Part shown: one piece after another, positions 51,610 to 64,000 of the stretch
Layout: each line of letters starts with the position of its first letter
How positions within the stretch are numbered: the stretch's first letter is position 1
From: Vitrella brassicaformis CCMP3155
Taxonomy: Eukaryota; Protista; Chromerida
Assembly: GCA_001179505.1 (NCBI GenBank)
Contig: CDMY01000490.1
Span: 3,027-67,026 of the forward strand
Reading direction: 5' to 3'
DNA length: 64,000 bases
The notes under the pieces: generated by a model
What the model was told of the DNA's origin: nothing
Database searches by the model: none
What the model saw: the letters and a program-made list of their open reading frames with translations, nothing else
Translations under genes and position numbers: made by a program

Positions 51610-51656
51610 TCGTTTCTTGATGTATGTGATCTCGCACAGGCGGATGTTGAGGTCTC
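51557..51656. repeat. 47-bp inverted repeat (hairpin) around the ORC5 stop codon
   Basis: Arms at 51557-51603 and 51610-51656: 42 Watson-Crick pairs, 1 G-U and 4 mismatches; 6-nt loop GACTGA. Confidence 0.92.
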
Positions 51657-54600
51657 CTGACAGACCCCCACACCACGCCGACCCTGATGCACCACACAGA
51701 TGCATCTGGGATGGGTGGGTGTGATCTGACACCGGTGCTGTGTGTGCATATATCGTGGCCTGGTGTGGACTAGATAAAGGCGGGAAGTCAGTTGTGGGTA
51801 GGTACAGACATCCAGCGTACGTGTGAAGGCTCAAGGCTCGTGGGTTTGGCGGTTCCACACGTCACATCTCGATTGACCGACATAATGATATCGGCACAAA
51901 GACGTCAGATATGAGCATCATGCAAGCCAAGCAGCCACCGGGGGAATTAAGAATGTCGGTTCGTCGGGCTAGCTCTGAAAGCAATACGCTTTCCTTTGTT
52001 CTGTCCACCATCGCGCTATCACGCACCATTCGTCCATCCATCCCACGGCATGCAGTGTAGTCGACCGGGTGTGTCGCATCAACACACGCTCGCACGTACG
52101 TACGAAAGAAGCAAGGAGCACGGAGCGAGGGAGGGAGGGAACGAGGGAAGGAGGCAGGACGCACCGACCACCACAAGACAGCAAGCGACCGACCAGCAGC
52201 AACCCTGACTGACGAGAGAGAGGGGAATAGGGGGCCACGCCACCACACCACCACCACACCACCACACCGCCAGCAGCAACATAAGACATGGATGCAATGA
52301 ATCAATGGTTGGTACGAGCGATTAGTCCCTCCCATGTACCTTACCTACCCACACCGCCTGTGTATCCACCCCCATGCACCTCCTCTCCCTGACTGACTCA
52401 CCGACCCGCCCGACCCCCCGCCATGCGAGACAACAGGCTGCTGCCTTGTGCAGTGCAACGAGTTGAGTACTGAGTGAGTGGTAGGCAGTCAGTGGATGGA
52501 TGGATGGATGGGAAATGAGTACGGTAGCAGGCTCACTTACTGGCCGTGTGTATACAGGCACGTAGGTACGGCAGGGCAGAGAGCAAGGCAGAAAGAGTGG
52601 CTCTCGGGTCAGTCAGGTCACACAGGCTGGGCTGTGCGCTCGAGTGTGTGTGTGCGTATGCATGTGTGGATACAGGTACAGGGGTGGAATGAATGGATAG
52701 GGAAGGTGTCTACGTGTGGCAGGCAGGCAGGTAGGCAGGCAGGCATCATGTAATTCGATGAATGGATGGATGGATGGATAGCGTGACTTACGTGTGTGTG
52801 TGTGATAAGGACCGTCCTAAGGGCGAAGAAGGCACGAGCATTCTGTTCTGTTTCCTCGCAACTGTCTCTGTCAGACAGACAATAAGTAAGACACACAAGA
52901 GAGACAGACCACAACACACACACCAAAGTACGAGAGGACAGACCACCACGAGGCAAAAAGGCACACCGACAGAGAGGCACACACCACATGGTGGAGGCAG
53001 CAACCGATTCCCCCCCCACCCCCACACCCACACCCACACAGAGGGGAGATGGGGAGGGAGGGAGGCAGCAGGCCAGGCCGTTTGTGTGTGTATGCGTGTG
53101 TAACGTAGGTACGCAGGCATCGCACACACATTGACATTGACATGCAGGCACAGGTGGACATGAAGGCATGAAGGCACACACACACATACAGGAGGGCCGG
53201 CGACTCCCTCGTCAGTGCATCGAGGAGGAAAGCAGGCCGGCCCCACACCACACCGCACAAGACAAGACCCCCGCACACCTTTACACCACCACTGAAGCCA
53301 GACATGACCTAGAGAGAATACGCCCTTACAAGCCAGCCAGCCATATAGCCATCGGTCTCCATCGGCATGTCATGTGCCCGTGTGACGGGGGGACGGCCTA
53401 GGCCATGCACGCCATAGCTAGCGCATCAATCGTATGCAATGTGTGTGTGTGTGTAGCATGTCAGTGAGCTGGGCGGAGGTGACGTCTGTCTGCAAAAGCT
53501 GAGTGTTGAAAAAACACCTAACCAGTCTCCCTCGCCATGCCATGCCATGTCATGTCATGTCTGTCTGCCCTCAGTCAGCCGCTCGCAGTGTCGCAACAGT
53601 TGCAACCAACCGTTGCAATCGCGATGCATCCATCTGCAGCCAGCCAGCCAGCCAGCCGGAGCAGCCGCAGCAGCAGCATCCATCGCTTGAAAGCCTCGCT
53701 CAGTCAGCCAACACGCCGCCATCCAGCCATCCATCATCACAGGCAGCCCCCAACCACATCCCTGTTATGAGACACGACGAAGAGACGAGTGAAGTATCGA
53801 CACCGACCGCCCTCTCCCCCTCCCCCCGAACGAGTGAGCGACGCGAGAAAGTTGTTTGTGGCTCTGCCTATCCTTCCATCCATCCACCACCCAGCACCGC
53901 GCTATCCGTGTGTGCAGCGCCCTTCACCCACACGGCTGCCACACACACGTTGCTCTACGTGTACCGACAACCATGAGGGTGAGCAAGGCAAACATCGGAT
54001 CGCGCATGGCAATTGAGATCGGTCTCTGTCTCTGAGGGTACGTAAGTCGCATGGCCTGGCCACCCGATCAGATAGACACGCCGGCCGGCCAGACAAAAAC
54101 ACGGTAAGAAGCTCGCTCGTCTACGTACCAGTCGCATAGGTTAGGCCGACGCCAGGTCACCAGGTTATGAAACAAACTACAGACCGCTCATGCCTTCCTG
54201 CCTCGCCCCCTTCAAGCAACCGGTCACCTCACCCACTACCCCACCATGTGCAGCTGTCTGTGTCTGTCTGTCTCTTGTGTGTCAGGTTAGTCGCCAGATT
54301 GCCATCAGAGGGCAGACAGTGATGCTACGCCGACCGTCCGTCCGATGCTTCACTTCAATAATGGTCTGGTCTGTCTGATCGTTAGTGTGTCCATCCGTGC
54401 ATCGGTCCACCGATCCATGCGTCTGTCCACCGTGGATGCAGGCATGGCATGCCATGGCATGGCCACGGGTGGGTAGTGTAGTGCCATGCCTGCCGCCAGA
54501 GGTGAGGTGTCCATGCGTTGCATATAGACTGCCTCCCGACCCGACCCGCCCCCTCCCCTCCCTCACGATTGAGCATCTGTATGTACGTGTGTATGAATGT

Positions 54601-57600
54601 ACGTATGTATGTGTGTGTACGTATGATGGATGGCATGTATACATACTTCCACCCAGCCAGCCAGCCGCTCTCGCTGTGTGTGTTTGGATATCGGTCGCGC
54701 TGCCTGTGTCTTTCGGTGGTGTGTGTTGTGTAATGGTGTGTTGTGTTGTGTTGTGTGTGGTATTTATTGTGCGCCGGACAGTACAAAAAGACGAAAAGCA
54801 AAGGCGGGCCAGACGGTTATGTATGTATGTATTACGTATAGATAGAGAGATAGGTAGAGAATAGAGCCAGCCTCTCTCCGTCCGCATCATGCTTCTGTCC
54901 GCACACACACACACACACACACGTAGGCAGCCAGCCAGCCAGGCAGCCAGCCAGAGACGTGGGCACACACTCAGATAGTCGACACACAGAGGTCGGTCGG
55001 TCGATGGTTCTGCTCTGGTTGCGTGTGGTTGCTTTGCTTCCTTCCCCCGTCGCCTCCCGGATCATTCTTCCCTCCAACCTTGCTATGATATCGACATCCA
55101 GCCCGCGACTACGCATCGCCTTCAGGTGTGTCGGCCTCACCTCCCAACACCCACCCCATCCAACACACACCACACCCATATACCCACCCGATATACCAGA
55201 TACACACAGACACACAAAAAACCTCGGCAATTGAAGAGATATAGAGATAGATAGGCTAGAGGTCTGACGACACACATATATACTGCGAAGAGAGAGCAAT
55301 TGGAGCAAGTAAGTAAGCCAGACAGACAGACAACAGAGTGCCCCCCGACGCAGTCGCCACACATGCAGGCAGCCGACAGACAGACGCCAAGCATTGTGAG
55401 AGCAGCAAGCCAAGCTAGCTGCTCAGGAAAACAGGGCGGACGAGCTGGGGGGCACTCTGGCGGCAGACGAAACAGGGGAAGAAGATACAACCAGCCAGAC
55501 AGACAGACAGACAGCCAGACAGACAGACAGACAGACGTGCACAGTAAGTATAAGAATGCGACTGCTCCTTCCTTCCCTCCATCTCTCCCTCGCTCATTGC
55601 TGTTCGGTCGTTTGTGGGATGGGAACGTGCCCTCTTTCCCTGGAAAAGCCGAAAAATGGCCCGCTCGCCATCTGATACCAAATGAGTCATTCATGCCATG
55701 CCTTGCCTTGCCCGATCCATCCATGCATCCATGCATCCATCCATCCATCCCGCCCGCCCGCCTGGTTGTGTGCCCGGCGCTGGTCAGCTGGCCAACGGGC
55801 ATTCGGCCAGCAGCCGCAGCAGCCGCGCACCGCGTCAAAAAAGGGCTCGGCTCACTCGCGTGACGCAGACATCACGCAGAGGCAGCACGACACACTCACT
55901 CCACCGGTGACCCACACAAACCACTGACCGACTGATTCACTTAGATGAAGGCAAGACAGCAAGGAAGGAAGGAAGTATCGAGTGAGTGAGTGATCAAATG
56001 ATTGATGTTTGAGTGAGAAGCTGGCTGGACGCACAATGAATGCCTGGATGGGATGCTTCCAAGCCGACAGACATCGCCTTATCCGATGATCCACCCTCAC
56101 CTCTCTGCCTGCTAGGTCGCGAGACAACGAGGGAGGGAGGGAGTCAGTGAGTGAGTGAGTGAGTGAGAGTAGCTGACGAGTCAGTCACGAGTTGTCAGTC
56201 AAAATTGCAGCACTCCGTAGAGGCACAGGAAGGAAGCAGGCAAGCAACCAACCAAGGAAGCAGTTCATTGCACGGCACGGCACGGCACATCATGTCAGGC
56301 ACGTCATTGACGGGAGTGAGTGGATGGACCCAGGCAGGCAGGCAGGCAGACAAGCACTTGAACGATGCACAGACGGGCAGGCAGGCAGGCAGGCAGGCAT
56401 GTCGATCACGTCATGAATACTCAATCAATACGATATGCAGTCATGCGCGCAGAGGCGGGCGGGCAGACTGTGTGTGTGTGCGTGTGGGGTCGACTGCAGG
56501 AAGGCAGACAGGCATGGCGGGGCGGCTGGCAAGGTGAGGCTGAAAATTGAATGCCGGCCGCCCTCCACGCCCACTCACACCACACACACATACACACACG
56601 CACACGCCAACCAGCGCCCCGCCCCCCTTTCTCTTGTCGAATTCAGCCAGCAGAGGTGCACGTCTAGTGCTCTTGACAAAGGGCCATCAAGCAATCAATC
56701 GGAATCTCTCTCTCGTGCGCAAGTGGCACTTTCTCTCTTTCCCTCCCCCTCCCCCTCGCGTAGTCTACACCATTCTTGCACACACACACACACACACACA
56801 CACATCCACACAACACTCTCATTTGGAAAAGGAGAAAAGACCGACCATAAGGACGGACACACAGACACGGGTACACGTCAACCGATCCATCATCACTCGC
56901 TCACCCACTCTCTCTCACTCACAAACAACAGACAAACAGCCAGCTGCTCTGCTCTCCTCTGATGTGCAGTGCAACGCAACGCAATGCATCAATGCAATGG
57001 ATGCTCTTACTGCTAAGAGATGCCGAGAAGTCTGCGAAAATCGACGCCAGGCTGGTCTGGGCTGGTCTCACTCATTCACTCCCATCCATCCATCCATCCA
57101 TGCCAGCCATGGCCATGATATGCACTCACGCGAATGGAATGTGTGTGTGAGGGAAAAAAGACGTTGGACGTTCGTGTCGTGTGTGTCCAGCAGCAGCAAG
57201 AGGGAAACACCACACCCGCCCTCACACACAGGGGCACATGTGCGCAGCCACTTGGCACACGTCGATGCACACACCATACAGGAGGTAAGGGCTGGCTGGC
57301 TGGTGGGTGGGTGGGTGGAAAACGTGCCACTGCGATCTCGTTGGCACGTTTGCCTGATGTGGTGTGGGGTGGGGTGGTGCGCTAGTCACGCCATGCATCC
57401 ATCCATCCATCCACTCGAGCAGGCAGGCACGAAAATGGTTGGAGTGGGAGAAATGCGGGCCAATGATTGCAATGAAGCAATGCCTGGCTGGGGAAAAGGG
57501 GCACGCAACGCACACACGGCCGGCCAGCCGTCCGGAAGCGGCGGAAAAAGCACTCGGGCGGGGCGGTGCTGCAAGGCATGCATGGTCGACGGCAATGGTC

Positions 57601-58534
57601 CGTCCATCGGGATGCATCAACAGGACACGCACACACCAGACACCGCAGTCAGTCACAACAAACGAACAACACAGATGAGCAAGGGACATACACGTATGTT
57701 ATGTGTGTTGTGTCAGTGGAGGGTGAGGAGAAAAGAGCGGTTCTCCGTGCGTGTGTGCGGGTGGGCGCTCTCTCTGTCTACCCTGCCATGTATCAACGCA
57801 GCCAATGGACACAGACACACCACACCAGGACACACAGCAAGAGAGAGAGACGGGGAGGCAGGCAGGTACACGGGCAGCCAGGCAGCGAGCAAGACAGCGA
57901 GTGCCTCGCTTAACAAAGGAAAGTACATATGCCCAGAGAAGAGAAAAACCGCATCGCCAGTTAGCCACCCGTCATCCAGCCATCCCATCCTCCGTCTGCT
58001 CGTCCTCTCCTCCTTTAAAAGACGCACCACCCACCCACCCACCCGCACCACTCACCAACCCCCACTGGCATGTCATGTCATGTGATGGCATGCAATGTAT
58101 TGTATGCAATGGGATGTAATGCATTGTAGTGAAATGGGATGAGCAAGAGTGTATCATGTTATGTGTGGCAAGGCAACCAACGCACCAACCCCGCCCACAG
58201 CACAAGACACCACGCAACGCAACGCCACGCCACGCACACGAGAGAGAGAGAGAGGCATCCAGCCATCCATGGCCATGGGCGGGTGGGTGGATGGACCGAC
58301 ACACACTCTATCTATCGCCGCCAGCACCAGCCATGCCAATGTCAGCCACCCCGCCAGCCAGCCGGATCAAGCATCCATCAATGAGTGAGGAAGGGCCCCA
58401 CACGAGGAAAAAGGGGGACACCCTGCAGGCCCTCACACACCCACAAACCCACACACCCACCCACACAATGTAGTAATGGAATAGATAAGAGACAATTCAC
58501 CCTCTCCCTCCCTCCATCCCTCCCTCCCTCTGTC

Positions 58535-62752
<4,218 letters not shown>

Positions 62753-63135
62753 GTGGCCGGTGGCAGCCACCGAAAAAAGCCCGACTCACTCGCTGCCGGC
62801 GGGAAAGGAGGCGGTGGGAAGGGGATAGGAGGGGAGGGGCGGATAAGACGGGGAGCGTGAGTTGAGTGGGGATAGGATGGATGACACACACACGCTTCCC
62901 TCGGAAGGAAACCACCCACTTCTTTTGCGAGCTACCGAAAGGTCTGCGAGCTAAGCTTGGGGGATCTCCCTTTCTTTCCTCTCAGCTTTTCACTCTCCCT
63001 CTCTCCCATTCTCGTCTGGCCCAGATGGAACCGTCAGGTTCGTTCAATCATTGCAAACCATCACCATCTTCCTTTCGTATCTGCACGTGTGATTCAGGTC
63101 TTGGGAGGAGCCGTGAAGGCAGATCGGAGGCTCAC

Positions 63136-64000
63136 ATGTCAAGATTATCCATGTCAGGCCCTGCTCTGATCGTCCTTCTGTCGCTTCTGGGGGCAGCCGA
63201 CGGTGTAGGCATCAGGCTGCCACGCGGCGGCGCATTCGCTGCTCCCACTCCATCTCCCATCACGGCAGCTGCCACACCGTCTGTGGCACCTTCGCGCACC
63301 TTCGAGAAATTCCGGGATTTCATCCTGCAAAGGCAGAAGACCATTGTGCAGGATCTTGAAGCTCTTGACGGCACTGCAATGTTCCGCCTCGATGACTGGC
63401 GGCGGAGCGACACTACTTACGGCGTGACAGGAGTGCTGGAGGGTGGGTCTTTGATCGAGAAGGGGGCTGTCAGCGTTTCCATCATCCAGGGGACGCTGAC
63501 CGAGGAAAGGGCTAGGACCATGAGCAGCAGAGGGCGGAAGGTGCGTGAGGGAGGGGGGCAGCCTTACTGTGCCGCAGCACTGTCGCTCGTCGTCCACGCA
63601 GCCCATCCAATGGTCCCCACATTGAGAGCCGACGTCCGCTACTTTGAGGTGGCTGATGATGGACACAGCGAGCCACAGGGATGGTTCGGCGGTGGTGCCG
63701 ATCTGACACCATGCTATCTGTTCGAGGAGGACGCGATCGAGTGGCACAAGCACTGGCGAGGTGTGTGTGACAAGTACAGCCCTGACCTGTACCCGAGGTA
63801 CAAGAAGTGGTGCGATGAGTATTTCTATCTGCCAGCACGACAGGAGCATCGCGGCATCGGCGGCATCTTCTTCGACGACCTTATGGACTTTTCTGACCTC
63901 CCACCGCCACCATCACCATCCCCCTCCACTTCACCGACCCCTCCCACACCACCCCTCGAATTTGTCCAGGATGTGGCTGACGGTCTCCTCGACAGCTGGC
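63136..64000 (+). CDS. hemF: Coproporphyrinogen III oxidase (oxygen-dependent) with bipartite plastid leader, intronless, runs off the window
   Basis: Open frame from ATG 63136: signal MSGPALIVLLSLLGAADG, transit-like ...GGAFAAPTPSP..., then EGGSLIEKGAVSVS, HAAHPMVPTLRADVRYF, WFGGGADLTP and RGIGGIFFDD. Confidence 0.95.
   Translation, partial: MSRLSMSGPALIVLLSLLGAADGVGIRLPRGGAFAAPTPSPITAAATPSVAPSRTFEKFRDFILQRQKTIVQDLEALDGTAMFRLDDWRRSDTTYGVTGVLEGGSLIEKGAVSVSIIQGTLTEERARTMSSRGRKVREGGGQPYCAAALSLVVHAAHPMVPTLRADVRYFEVADDGHSEPQGWFGGGADLTPCYLFEEDAIEWHKHWRGVCDKYSPDLYPRYKKWCDEYFYLPARQEHRGIGGIFFDDLMDFSDLPPPPSPSPSTSPTPPTPPLEFVQDVADGLLDSW

Noticed and set aside
56547-58085. 512-aa plus-strand ORF
   Set aside because: Composed of microsatellite-derived runs (THTHT, HPSIH) with no domain signal; stop-poor by composition.
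63154-63849. 231-aa minus-strand ORF
   Set aside because: It is antisense to hemF; the real plus-strand ORF is missing from the track only because it runs off the window.

Overview
This is eukaryotic nuclear DNA: GC-rich and intron-dense, with (GT/CA)n, (GACA)n and (GGAT)n microsatellites in the introns and five 300-N scaffold gaps. Bipartite plastid leaders and a MORN-SAM-TKL kinase point to a photosynthetic alveolate with a complex plastid, most likely a chromerid such as Vitrella (inference). Recognisable genes are a truncated M16/insulinase remnant, MoaC, PCMT1, tRNA-Asp(GTC), an RRM+SPOC (FPA/RBM15/Spen-type) gene, TRAPPC6, a DUF866 protein, SRP14, a HERP-like Ubl membrane protein, TTLL1, ORC5, a MORN-SAM-TKL kinase and plastid-targeted coproporphyrinogen oxidase, plus several hypothetical proteins. 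Five observations stand out. (1) A spliced eukaryotic homologue of the archaeal tRNA m1-pseudouridine-54 methyltransferase TrmY. (2) A phage/giant-virus-type tandem NUMOD4-HNH endonuclease gene carrying a spliceosomal intron. (3) A CRE-clade retrotransposon with a 17-bp target-site duplication inserted just upstream of that HNH gene. (4) A 47-bp-stem hairpin whose loop carries the ORC5 stop codon. (5) An inverted copy of the PCMT1 promoter and exons 1-2 placed in front of TTLL1, predicting a uORF whose stop overlaps the TTLL1 start. All family calls come from manual splicing and motif recognition; no database searches were run.
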